A stretch of 64,000 bases of DNA from a virus, in IMG/VR virus record IMGVR_UViG_3300030031_000041, positions 2,764 through 66,763 of that record. One strand, given 5' to 3'. The position numbers and the translations under genes are program-made. Below, in pieces: positions 19,078 to 27,945 of this stretch. The notes under the pieces are model-generated. The model did no database searches. It was given only the letters and a program-made list of their open reading frames with translations, and was not told the DNA's origin. Numbering within the stretch: position 1 is the stretch's first letter; every line of letters starts with the position of its first letter.

Positions 19078-19677
19078 TTAATCGCAGATATATGACCAAG
19101 AATTCACTTTTGTTGTTCCGTATCTTTTTAAATATGCATCAATCCGTTTTTCGAATGCTTTTCTAACTTCTTTAAAGCCGTCAATAATTTTCTGGATATC
19201 GTCCGCACCCAGCTTTTTTATATCCTTGCAATTAATCCAACGCATCGGGGTAAATTCTGGATTATATCCGGTTCTCACCACCGTGAAAGCCTTTAATTTG
19301 CTGTCGTCTGGCTGTCCCATATAATGAGTATATGTATAACACTCGTATTCATAACCGCTCAAACATTTTTCAAGATCCTCTATATCAGAATCAATCTTTT
19401 TTAGATTTTGTTCTTTAAAATATTGCTCGCTTTTTCGGGCTAATGCTGCCATGTCTTCGGCGTCTTTCATTTCTTCATTGGTGCAAGTACCATAAGAGCC
19501 AGCACCAAAACAAAAGTCCTTTTTTATAGATGGTTTTTCAATATCTGCGATATCTCCATTTGAAAATTGAACCACATAAGCGCAATTTTTCTTTGCAAAA
19601 TTTTGCATGTACTCATCTTCCCATACCTCTGTTTTAATAATACTCATGTACATTTCTTTTAATTCTTTCTGCGTCAT
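19078..19677 (-). CDS. hypothetical protein
   Basis: internal Met MTQKELK chosen as start; upstream extension Arg/Ser-rich and likely spurious. Confidence 0.45.
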   Translation of the reverse strand: MTQKELKEMYMSIIKTEVWEDEYMQNFAKKNCAYVVQFSNGDIADIEKPSIKKDFCFGAGSYGTCTNEEMKDAEDMAALARKSEQYFKEQNLKKIDSDIEDLEKCLSGYEYECYTYTHYMGQPDDSKLKAFTVVRTGYNPEFTPMRWINCKDIKKLGADDIQKIIDGFKEVRKAFEKRIDAYLKRYGTTKVNSWSYICD

Positions 19678-19756
19678 AGCTGTTATACCTCTTTTCTTAT
19701 TTTTTTGAAATCCGGCGGTTGCGTTGGGGCTACGGCTTGACCGCCGCCGGAAAAAT

Positions 19757-20095
19757 TTATTTGATTTTTGTATCTGTCCAGATATCAAGGATACTACGGA
19801 AACAATTTAATTCATCAACGGTAAAGCCGCCGTCATTAATATGGAATATTGCATAATCTCCATATTTTTCGTTTATGTCCTGAACGTAATTATAAAATTT
19901 TTCGAACCGTTCCAGGCGGTCAAAATCTAAAATATACCATTTGTGACCGGCTGGAAGAGTTTTGATAAATTCCTCCGCGTTACTCGGGCAATTGAATGCA
20001 CCCGAAACGCTCACTTTGCTTTTACGGTCGTCTTGTGTGCTGCGGTCGATCATTGTGAAGACTGCCCAACTTAAATACTTTGTATATTTATTCAT
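19757..20095 (-). CDS. hypothetical protein
   Basis: start MNKYTKYL at 20095; upstream part of ORF track is Cys/Tyr-rich low-complexity overlapping operator region. Confidence 0.45.
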   Translation of the reverse strand: MNKYTKYLSWAVFTMIDRSTQDDRKSKVSVSGAFNCPSNAEEFIKTLPAGHKWYILDFDRLERFEKFYNYVQDINEKYGDYAIFHINDGGFTVDELNCFRSILDIWTDTKIK

Positions 20096-20243
20096 TGCTT
20101 TTTTCCTCCATTCTCCCGGCTTTGCGACCGGGTTGGTTGTTCTCTGTTGATGGTTATATAATACTATATATAACGCACATATACAAGACGGAATACTAAC
20201 CAAATAACGCACATATATTAAAGACAAAATTGTGCATAATGTA

Positions 20244-20290
20244 TAACGCACATAGATATATTGACAATCTAACGCACATACATTATAATA
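20244..20290 (+). promoter_or_regulatory. promoter-operator copy 1: TTGACA-17-TATAAT with TAACGCACATA sites
   Basis: exact 47-bp direct repeat with 20505..20551; consensus -35/-10 with 17-bp spacer. Confidence 0.6.
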
Positions 20291-20321
20291 GAAGAAAAAC
20301 GAAACGGGAGGCGGTCGAGTT

Positions 20322-20507
20322 ATGGCAACAGAAGCACAGCGTAAAGCAGTCAGAACATATGAAAAAAACAACTATAGACTTAATATAGTATTTCCCAAGG
20401 ACACCAAAGAACGCATTGAAAAATTAAACCTTAATAAAAGCAATAGCGCATTTATTAGAGATACCGTTCTTGCAGAGCTGGACAGACTTGAAAAAATATT
20501 AAAATAA
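20322..20507 (+). CDS. ribbon-helix-helix (CopG/Arc-like) regulator
   Basis: 61 aa, N-terminal basic beta-strand-like segment then helices; flanked by operator repeats. Confidence 0.5.
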   Translation: MATEAQRKAVRTYEKNNYRLNIVFPKDTKERIEKLNLNKSNSAFIRDTVLAELDRLEKILK

Positions 20508-20551
20508 CGCACATAGATATATTGACAATCTAACGCACATACATTATAATA
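20505..20551 (+). promoter_or_regulatory. promoter-operator copy 2
   Basis: identical to 20244..20290. Confidence 0.6.
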
Positions 20552-20602
20552 AAGATAACAAAAGAAGAACTCCCCAGACGGGGAAATATAGGAGGGTAAG
20601 AA

Positions 20603-20923
20603 ATGCAGGAAATTTACAGGAGTTTTGAAGGGAAGTTAAATGTTGATTGTCAGGACGGATATATTATCCTTGAGTTGAAAGAAAGATACCAAATTGAATG
20701 GTTGACTGTCTGGGGGAAAACGCAGAAAATACGAGTAAAAAAAGATCTGCTTCCGGTGGAAGATTTCGGAAATGCTTCGAAAATATCTGAACTTTTTACG
20801 GATATTTCGCATGGATGTTTAAAAGGATGCATGTATTATTACAAAAACTCGTGGTATAGCTATGACAAAATACTTGAGATTCAAAAGAAAAATCAAAGTA
20901 ATAACTGGCAGGCATATGTATAA
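20603..20923 (+). CDS. hypothetical protein
   Basis: ORF track, RBS GGAGGG. Confidence 0.5.
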   Translation: MQEIYRSFEGKLNVDCQDGYIILELKERYQIEWLTVWGKTQKIRVKKDLLPVEDFGNASKISELFTDISHGCLKGCMYYYKNSWYSYDKILEIQKKNQSNNWQAYV

Positions 20924-20993
20924 AATTAACAATTAAACAAGGGGAGGGAACAAGAGGATAATTACAAACAAGCCATATTTGAATACAAAATAA

Positions 20994-21025
20994 GCCCTTT
21001 GGAATTCACCAAGGGGCTTTTATCA
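20994..21025 (+). terminator. intrinsic terminator
   Basis: GCCCTTTGG/CCAAGGGGC stem then TTTTATC..TTTTTT. Confidence 0.5.
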
Positions 21026-21236
21026 TGCTTTTTTGTGGCGGCTTTTAGGACAGGTACAGAACTGCCGCCGAAGTCCTGACATAATTATTCATAGCACAAT
21101 ATCATCAAAAAGTCAACGACAAATTTTTACTTGACTTTTACGAGTCGTTCTGTTATGTTCAATACAACGAAGCCGACGGAACTCAGGAAGGGGCAGGGCT
21201 GACAAAGCGGATCGTAACTGAATACGAAAAAAATAT

Positions 21237-21280
21237 AGCCAGATCACACCGGAATAGCTGCCGGAAGGTCTGGCTTTTTG
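21237..21280 (+). terminator. intrinsic terminator (possible sRNA 3-prime end)
   Basis: AGCCAGATC..GGTCTGGC stem with inner hairpin, then TTTTT. Confidence 0.45.
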
Positions 21281-21656
21281 TGTGTTCAAAATGCCCTATT
21301 ATAATATTATATATATTAATATTATGGATTATGAATATCTATAATTATAGTTATTCCCTGTCCCTTCATAGATTCCAGAGGCTGAGTTGATTAATATAAT
21401 ATTGTATATAGTATATATAATATACATAGATATAGTATATGCTGTTATATGAGATTGACTAAAAGTTTTAAATTAATAGTTGACAGAATAACAACTTGTA
21501 TGTTAATACTGTTAATAGAGATACAGATACAGGCCGAAAGCGAGAACGAACCGCTGGAGGACTGAACCGGTTAGCTACTGGACAACGAACCAGAGTCGAC
21601 CGGCTTTTTTTATTTATGATGATTTAATAGATTAACGTTATAAAGGAGGTGATACA

Positions 21657-22352
21657 GTGCAGAGTACAGACAATAGCGTGTTAGATACGTTTAAACAGGA
21701 CACAAAGAAATACTTAGATATATTTTGCGCTGAATATGGTATTGAAGACCTTATGAAAGCACCTCAGAACACATTTGAGTCAGCTCTTAGTTATGCAGGG
21801 GATCATGTATTTCTGAAGCCTGAAAACGTAACGCTCAAGTACAACAGACAGACTATATTAGATTGCGATAATGCAGAACTGATCAATTACATACTCGACT
21901 ATTATATATTTATATGTGGCGTATATAACAAGGAGTCAAATATACAAGGGTTTGCTAAATATATTAAGATTAGTGAACAGACTATGTATAACTGGGTAAA
22001 TGGAGAATATAAGACAAAGATATATATAGATACAGACGGCAATGTTATTAAGGATATACAGGAGTGGAAGTTGAATAAGAGAGGGGAGTATAGGGAAATA
22101 GCAAGCACAGCACACCTTGACCTAATCAAAAAATTAAATGCGAATGACGAACACTCACTTGCGAACATTGGAATCAGTGATAAGAATAACACAGGCGTGG
22201 CAATGAAACTCAATTCTAAATTCGGATGGAACGCACCAAACGGACGGAGCGCAGAAGAGAACAACGGAAAGCCAAAGCAGACGGCACAGCAGATTGCGGA
22301 TAAATACAAAGATGTTCTAGAGCTTCCGGAGATGGAAAAGCCGGAGCTATAA
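21657..22352 (+). CDS. hypothetical protein
   Basis: GTG start after AAAGGAGGTGAT. Confidence 0.5.
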   Translation: MQSTDNSVLDTFKQDTKKYLDIFCAEYGIEDLMKAPQNTFESALSYAGDHVFLKPENVTLKYNRQTILDCDNAELINYILDYYIFICGVYNKESNIQGFAKYIKISEQTMYNWVNGEYKTKIYIDTDGNVIKDIQEWKLNKRGEYREIASTAHLDLIKKLNANDEHSLANIGISDKNNTGVAMKLNSKFGWNAPNGRSAEENNGKPKQTAQQIADKYKDVLELPEMEKPEL

Positions 22353-22629
22353 CAATATGTTGTAATTTCTGGGACTAGCACACAATATATAGTAACGTTC
22401 AATGTTCTTTTAGGGTGTACTCTAAGTATACATCAGCACAACAACGATTTTTTGTGCAATATGACAATAAAACGGCGAGTAATATTCCTTGATCGCTGCC
22501 GCAGGCTGAACGAATAACAGCGTTTAGACCGGGACAACGGGAACCCATGGGACAAAGGGTTGCCCGGTCAGCGATACCAGGAACAGACCCGGGAGGGGGT
22601 ATATATACAGACCCACATCGGCCTAGTGA

Positions 22630-22682
22630 GTGCCCCAAGTTCCCGAAAAAAATAAAAAAGCCCCGTCAATGTGACGGAGCAA
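22630..22682 (-). terminator. intrinsic terminator for XRE gene
   Basis: minus-strand hairpin CTCCGTC..GACGGGG followed by CTTTTTTATTTTTTTC. Confidence 0.5.
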
Positions 22683-22701
22683 GTAAAAAAAAGAAGAGCC
22701 A

Positions 22702-22935
22702 TTACGACTCTTCTCTAACATCATCAATATTAAATTTGACAATTACATCTGGTATGGCTTCAACCACTATTTGGCATCCGAGGAAATCCAGAATAGTAAT
22801 CAACTCATTAGCAGAAAGCGTTCCTCTGGAAAACTTATTTGCCAAAGCTTGTGGAGAAGTTCCAAGATGTTCGGCAACTTGAACATTGGTTGCTTTTTTG
22901 AGTCTCATTATCTGTTTTACTTTTTGAGAAACCAT
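22702..22935 (-). CDS. XRE-family HTH transcriptional regulator (Cro/CI-like)
   Basis: 77 aa, HTH QVAEHLGTSPQALANKFS. Confidence 0.7.
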   Translation of the reverse strand: MVSQKVKQIMRLKKATNVQVAEHLGTSPQALANKFSRGTLSANELITILDFLGCQIVVEAIPDVIVKFNIDDVREES

Positions 22936-23017
22936 AACGATACCTCCTATAATTATATAATAAACGCAAACGTTTCAAAAATCAATAATAATTCACTTGA
23001 ATGTGAACAATATACTT

Positions 23018-23046
23018 GCAATCACACACGCTAAGGTGTATAATTT
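23018..23046 (+). promoter_or_regulatory. sigma70-like promoter TTGCAA-17-TATAAT
   Basis: upstream of small serine recombinase. Confidence 0.4.
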
Positions 23047-23074
23047 ATTTATAAAGAAACAGGAGCGTGTATAT

Positions 23075-23665
23075 ATGAAGGTAGGATATGTAAGGGTTTC
23101 AACAGTTGACCAGAACGAAGCAAGACAGATTGAAGCCATGAAAGCAGATAGCGTTGAAAAAATATACGTGGACAAACAGTCAGGAAAAGATTTTAATCGT
23201 CCGCAATACCAGCAAATGATTTCGGAACTTAGAGAAGGTGACATGCTGGTTCTCCATTCTATCGATCGTCTCGGAAGAAATTATGAAGAGATTCTGGAAC
23301 AATGGAGGATTATTACAAAAGAAATCAAAGCGGACATCATGGTTCAAGATATGCCACTTCTCAATACATCCATATCAAAAAATTTGGATGGTACGTTTGT
23401 AGCAGACTTAGTTCTCCAGATTCTTTCGTATGTATCGCAAAAAGAAAGAGAAAATATCAAACGCCGTCAAGCAGAGGGCATTGCCATTGCTAAGGCTCAG
23501 GGCAAATATAAAGGACGTGCAAAGAAAGAGATTGACAAAAAACTTTTTGAAGATACTAAAGCCAGATGGCAGAATGGTGAGATTACAAAAATTCAATTTG
23601 CTGAAACCATTGGAGTTTCCAGGGGAACATTATACAGAATCTTAGGGGAGGAAAAGGATGATTGA
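23075..23665 (+). CDS. small serine recombinase (resolvase/invertase type)
   Basis: MKVGYVRVSTVDQN..., C-terminal HTH GVSRGTLYRIL; RBS AGGAG. Confidence 0.75.
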   Translation: MKVGYVRVSTVDQNEARQIEAMKADSVEKIYVDKQSGKDFNRPQYQQMISELREGDMLVLHSIDRLGRNYEEILEQWRIITKEIKADIMVQDMPLLNTSISKNLDGTFVADLVLQILSYVSQKERENIKRRQAEGIAIAKAQGKYKGRAKKEIDKKLFEDTKARWQNGEITKIQFAETIGVSRGTLYRILGEEKDD

Positions 23666-24125
23666 TTTTACAAACAAGGCTATTACTACAAAAAGTGATT
23701 TAGAATCGGAACAGTTACTTAAAAAAGCTGTGGCACAAGGGTTTGGATTACCAAAAGGCGAAAAAGCTTTAATCACTAACAGATTCTTTAGATTTATCGG
23801 AAGTCCATATAAGCAGATTTTAATTCCAGCAACGATAAGCCATGCAGAATTTGACCAGGCTATTTCTTACACGGATTTGTTTGGTGATCCTGAAGCGGAA
23901 TTAAGAAAAATTGTTGATTCAGCTACAAGATGGTGCAGAGCTTATGGATATGAGCATTTAAGCATATTTGCAAATGAGGGAATAGATAAATTTTCTGGCA
24001 AAGGACTTGCGAAAACTTCAGAAGGCATTATCCAGCGTGTTGATGCTGATGTGATGAAGCCAAGAAAGATTACTATTGCCGAGTTGGAAAAACAGCTTGG
24101 ATGCCCGATTGAGATTGTTAGTTAA
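23658..24125 (+). CDS. hypothetical protein
   Basis: ORF track. Confidence 0.45.
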   Translation: MIDFTNKAITTKSDLESEQLLKKAVAQGFGLPKGEKALITNRFFRFIGSPYKQILIPATISHAEFDQAISYTDLFGDPEAELRKIVDSATRWCRAYGYEHLSIFANEGIDKFSGKGLAKTSEGIIQRVDADVMKPRKITIAELEKQLGCPIEIVS

Positions 24126-24136
24126 GGATACTGCCT

Positions 24137-24286
24137 ATGAAAAAGAATAACTCTCAGGGCGAATCCATCCGCATCCGGTTGCCGTACCAGCTAGAACGAA
24201 AACTCATAGCTGAGAAGAACCGAACCGGCAAAAGTATATCACAGATTACTCGTGAAGCACTGGCAGAATATTTTCGAAAGAGGTAG
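24137..24286 (+). CDS. ribbon-helix-helix (CopG-like) small protein
   Basis: 49 aa ORF not in track; IRIRLPYQLERKL..GKSISQITREALAEYF. Confidence 0.45.
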   Translation: MKKNNSQGESIRIRLPYQLERKLIAEKNRTGKSISQITREALAEYFRKR

Positions 24287-24290
24287 GTAA

Positions 24291-24725
24291 ATGTCGATAC
24301 TCGAAAAATTTTTCAAAAATAAAAAAAGGCTTTCTGAGAAACCAGAGCCACAAAAGTCTGCTTCCCCCAAAATCATACAGAATGAACCTATAATTGCACA
24401 TGCTAAAGCAATTCTTTGTGACGAAAAAATGTATGACACAAGTAAAGCAACAGAGCTTATTGTAATAAATAAATACGAAAGGTTTTCTTTTAGCGAATCT
24501 GTTTATCGAGCGTATTTTGTAACGGAAAATGGAAGATTTTTTTCGGCTGAGAAAGTTATAGACCGCACGAAAGAATACAAAATGTTAGAAAATATTGAAG
24601 TGCATACGCAGCATATTCATTACTCTGATTTGAGAGTGGAAGCAGAAAACGTAGTTAAAGCAATTATTGGACAGCATGATATAGCACTGTATAAGCAGTT
24701 ATTCGGGGAGGTAGAGAAAGCATGA
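24291..24725 (+). CDS. hypothetical protein
   Basis: ORF track. Confidence 0.45.
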   Translation: MSILEKFFKNKKRLSEKPEPQKSASPKIIQNEPIIAHAKAILCDEKMYDTSKATELIVINKYERFSFSESVYRAYFVTENGRFFSAEKVIDRTKEYKMLENIEVHTQHIHYSDLRVEAENVVKAIIGQHDIALYKQLFGEVEKA

Positions 24726-25117
24726 ATAATAACGAGAAAGTTTATTATGTGTACGTAGAAAACGGAAAAGCAGTTATTACAGAGGAAGCACCGGACTTCG
24801 ATAAAGTTCACGATTACATGCTAATGAAAGCGGATGGAATCGAGCTTTTTATGGGAGTACATAAGAATCAGGACGATTTAATGCTTCCAGACGAACCAAT
24901 TGACGCGGCGTCCATGCTGATTAATGCAACGATAACTGTTGAACCTAGCAAATCCGGTACATTTTCACCATTGCATAATAAAGAACCGCAGACCTTTGCA
25001 AAGTACGACACAAATCAGCTTCAAGAGATTGCAGAACATCTACTGACATATTGCAATGCACAAGAAAGGGGATGTGTAGATGCCTGTTGTGAAAATTATA
25101 AATCCGAGTCCGTATAA
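24722..25117 (+). CDS. hypothetical protein
   Basis: ORF track. Confidence 0.45.
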   Translation: MNNNEKVYYVYVENGKAVITEEAPDFDKVHDYMLMKADGIELFMGVHKNQDDLMLPDEPIDAASMLINATITVEPSKSGTFSPLHNKEPQTFAKYDTNQLQEIAEHLLTYCNAQERGCVDACCENYKSESV

Positions 25118-25463
25118 CTGGATGGGGACACAGTGCTTTATTGACGGACATGAAGTCCCAAGAGTAAAGTCTGTTGATTTCCATGTTGCTGTTGACGAGC
25201 TTCCGACATTTGTATTCGAGATGGTGGCAGAGCCGGATATTGAAATGGAGTGTCTGGCACAAATTAGTTTCACTTCTCAATCAATTACTGATGCAGTTTC
25301 AGTTTTAAGGCATGAACTGTTACAACACGGGGAAATTTACCGTGGATTCAAAGCAAGCCTAAAATCGGCTTTAGAGCGTTATAATTACTGTGGATTACCA
25401 TTTGAGCCGGAAGAAGAAATTGCAGATAAGATACTTAATTTTATGATTGGAGAGGAAAAATGA
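25080..25463 (+). CDS. hypothetical protein
   Basis: ORF track. Confidence 0.45.
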   Translation: MPVVKIINPSPYNWMGTQCFIDGHEVPRVKSVDFHVAVDELPTFVFEMVAEPDIEMECLAQISFTSQSITDAVSVLRHELLQHGEIYRGFKASLKSALERYNYCGLPFEPEEEIADKILNFMIGEEK

Positions 25464-25633
25464 GATTACCATTAACCATTATCGCAGTGGCAATTAATAT
25501 TCTGATATTTACTACATTAGCTGCATTTTTGATGAGCCGGAATTACAAAGGCAATCAATTTTCCACAGCATTCTTCTTGCTGATGGAAGCAGGAATGATA
25601 CTTAATACAGTTTTGATTTGCACTGCGAGGTAA
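25460..25633 (+). CDS. small membrane protein (two TM helices)
   Basis: 57 aa ORF, hydrophobic. Confidence 0.4.
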   Translation: MRLPLTIIAVAINILIFTTLAAFLMSRNYKGNQFSTAFFLLMEAGMILNTVLICTAR

Positions 25634-25930
25634 ATACATGCTGATTGCAATTCCTATGAGGATTATTCCGTTTTTTATCATAGAACGGGTTAAACCTATA
25701 ATTAAACCGAAAGGATACGCTTGTCCGGTAGTGGAGCGGTATGCAAGCAAACGATCGAGGCATCCGATTTAGCAAATATGACTCTACAAAAAAAGAGAAC
25801 AACTTAGTTATTTAAACGCTGATTCTCCACATAAGTTGTGTTGCAATTGTAGAGCACATAATAAAAATATTATCACACACTCAATTCTTTCTCCTGCTTT
25901 TGTAATGGTGCGGAGTGGGAGAAAGATTCT

Positions 25931-26002
25931 AGGGCTATCGCCAAGTGGTAAGGCACAGCACTTTGACTGCTGTATTCGCGGGTTCGAATCCCACTAGCCC
26001 AG
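25931..26002 (+). tRNA. tRNA-Gln (anticodon TTG)
   Basis: cloverleaf: acceptor AGGGCTA/TAGCCCA, anticodon loop CTTTGAC, T-loop TTCGAAT; A1:A72 mismatch, one C-A in T stem; no encoded CCA. Confidence 0.65.
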
Positions 26003-26224
26003 CTTGCTAGGTTGCGCATGTACCTGGCAAAGGTTTATTTCACATAGACCCTCCGATACCCATCTAGCTCAACGGAGCTGTCTAAAGGGGCTTCAAACGT
26101 CCCGGATGGGATTCCCGTATAGGTGACAGCAAAACCAAAAAAGGGAGCCTTTGTTGCGACTGGTGGCAAAGAATCGCAACAGTAGAAAATATGGCTTTGA
26201 GGTGCTGGTAATATTTTCTACTCA

Positions 26225-26297
26225 GGAAATTTAGTTCAGTGGTTAGAACGCCCGGCTCATAACCGGCAAGTCCTGAGTTCGAATCTCAGAATTTCCA
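26225..26297 (+). tRNA. tRNA with CAT anticodon (Met or Ile2)
   Basis: acceptor GGAAATT/AATTTCC, D stem GTTC/GAAC, loop CTCATAA, T arm CTGAG-TTCGAAT-CTCAG. Confidence 0.65.
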
Positions 26298-26855
26298 TTT
26301 CTTCCATATGCTGCCCATCCGTTTTATGGGCAGAAAAAACTTTCGGATGAGCGTATGTGAATCAGAATGAGCAAAGATATGTAACGGCATAGGCTTGTGC
26401 TTGATCTGATTTCCCGTCCGATGAATGTTTCTTAGTTTCAATAAGCCATCACAGGTGCACATTGATGACAAGGGAGTTTTCAAGAAACATAAAGTCAAAA
26501 GGCATAATAATATCCGAAACAACTCTGTGTGGCTGACACAGCATAAAACAGTCTAGTGGAAAGCATAACACGATAAACATATTGCTAACCCGGGAATCCG
26601 GGTTATGGGAAAGCGGCAACGATTGGTGGTGTTGCGGCGGTCTGTAAAACCGTTCCCTTGTGGTAAACATTATAGGTTCAATTCCTATCTTTCCCATTGT
26701 TTGGAGACTGAAAGTTTGGTGGTAGGAAAAGCACAGGGCAGTGCGCAGGAATGTATAACCGAGTTCCGAATGCGTACTGTTTATCGGTGATATAGTGACT
26801 TCCTCTAGTAGTCAATAAGTGAACGTGCTGAAATGGTTCTTCCAAACATGTACAT
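26298..26855 (+). ncRNA. candidate large structured ncRNA between tRNAs (ROOL/GOLLD-like location)
   Basis: 558 nt, no credible ORF, many local hairpins; sits between tRNAs. Confidence 0.3.
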
Positions 26856-26927
26856 CGCAGGATAGAGAAGCGGAATCTCGCAAGGTTCATATCCTTGAGA
26901 ACGGCGGTTCAAATCCGTCTCCTGCAA
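26856..26927 (+). tRNA. tRNA with CAT anticodon, C1:A72 mismatch (initiator-like)
   Basis: acceptor CGCAGGA/TCCTGCA, D stem GAGA/TCTC, anticodon stem CAAGG/CCTTG loop TTCATAT, T arm GGCGG-TTCAAAT-CCGTC. Confidence 0.6.
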
Positions 26928-27613
26928 TTTCAAACATGATTAACTCAGTGCAGATAGATTTTCAGTCTAGCTGAGATACAGGGTTATGTAAGATGGAGTA
27001 GTTCGGGATACTGGACTATCAACCATCTTTTTAGCAGAAGTGATTCTGTTAGAGGAGGAAGAAACTTCCAACACACCTTGTAGTGTATCATCATAAAGAG
27101 ACCAAAAGCAGAATCCTTGTGGTCGGCGTACAATAGACGCTTGCTGTGCAAGAATAATCCGTTGATGTGAGTGGTGTGAGAGACCACAGACTAAACGGAA
27201 ATCTCGTTAAGCTGATTTGCCTTGAACCTGAGAAATTAGGGTATAACACAAGAGATTCGTTAAAGTAGCGGTATGGCAATTCATAAAAAAATTTCATGCT
27301 ATAAAAAACATTTTCTGAAAGAACCGTGAAATTTGTGGGTGACACTCCCATGTGTGCTTTGACCGCGGTAAGAAGCTCAGGGTCGCTCCCGAAAGCTCAG
27401 ACTTATCGTCACAGTGGCTGAACATGGTTGCAAGTATGGTGAATAAGGAGAAATCCTAATCGTGGTTGAATATGGTGCATTGCTGTAATGGTATCAGAGT
27501 AGGTTGCTAACCTATCCAACAGAAATGTTGTACACGTTCGAATCGTGTATGCACCGCTCCATCTACCATGAGTAGATAGGAAATCCGACTTTAGCATAGC
27601 TATTGTTGGTTTT
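26928..27613 (+). ncRNA. candidate large structured ncRNA between tRNAs
   Basis: 686 nt noncoding, structured, flanked by tRNAs. Confidence 0.3.
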
Positions 27614-27687
27614 CGGAATGTATCTCAGTTGGGAGAGCGGAGGACGCATAGTCCTTGACGTCGCAAGTTCGAATCTTGCCTTTCCGA
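27614..27687 (+). tRNA. tRNA-like gene with CAT in anticodon loop (atypical G33; possibly degenerate)
   Basis: acceptor CGGAATG/CTTTCCG (one mismatch), T arm GCAAG-TTCGAAT-CTTGC, loop CGCATAG. Confidence 0.4.
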
Positions 27688-27945
27688 TTCCTACGATTGC
27701 CATAGTAGGAATAAATTACTCCTAAAGTATGGTTTGGTTTCCAGTACTCCACGTTGGGTGGCTAGTTGCGGTTCAAGTCCGTGTACTGGAATTTTTGTTT
27801 AAGGATGTGACTTATGGAAGAAAAATGTTGTAAGAATTGCAGAAGACATGATGCTTCACATGGGTTTGTTTCAATGGTGTCAGTGAATATTGTGCAGACT
27901 TTAGATGTCTTGATGATAGTTGTGAATGTTGGGAGGGTGTAAATA

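Noticed and set aside
13083-20560. Possible CRISPR array from short direct repeats (iteron, TAACGCACATA)
   Set aside because: The repeats are too short and irregularly spaced, with no repeat-spacer architecture or cas genes.
22547-22882. 111-aa + strand ORF
   Set aside because: Overlaps the GC-rich noncoding element, then runs antisense through the XRE gene. Pro/Gly/Arg-rich with no RBS.
26286-27597. Several 60-107 aa ORFs on both strands in the tRNA region
   Set aside because: They overlap tRNAs and each other, have no RBSs and random composition. The region is better explained as structured RNA.
26000-27900. tmRNA (ssrA) in the structured region
   Set aside because: No convincing tag-peptide reading frame ending in an Ala-Ala stop and no tRNA-Ala-like acceptor or T-arm pair were found by eye. 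This needs a covariance-model scan before it can be excluded.
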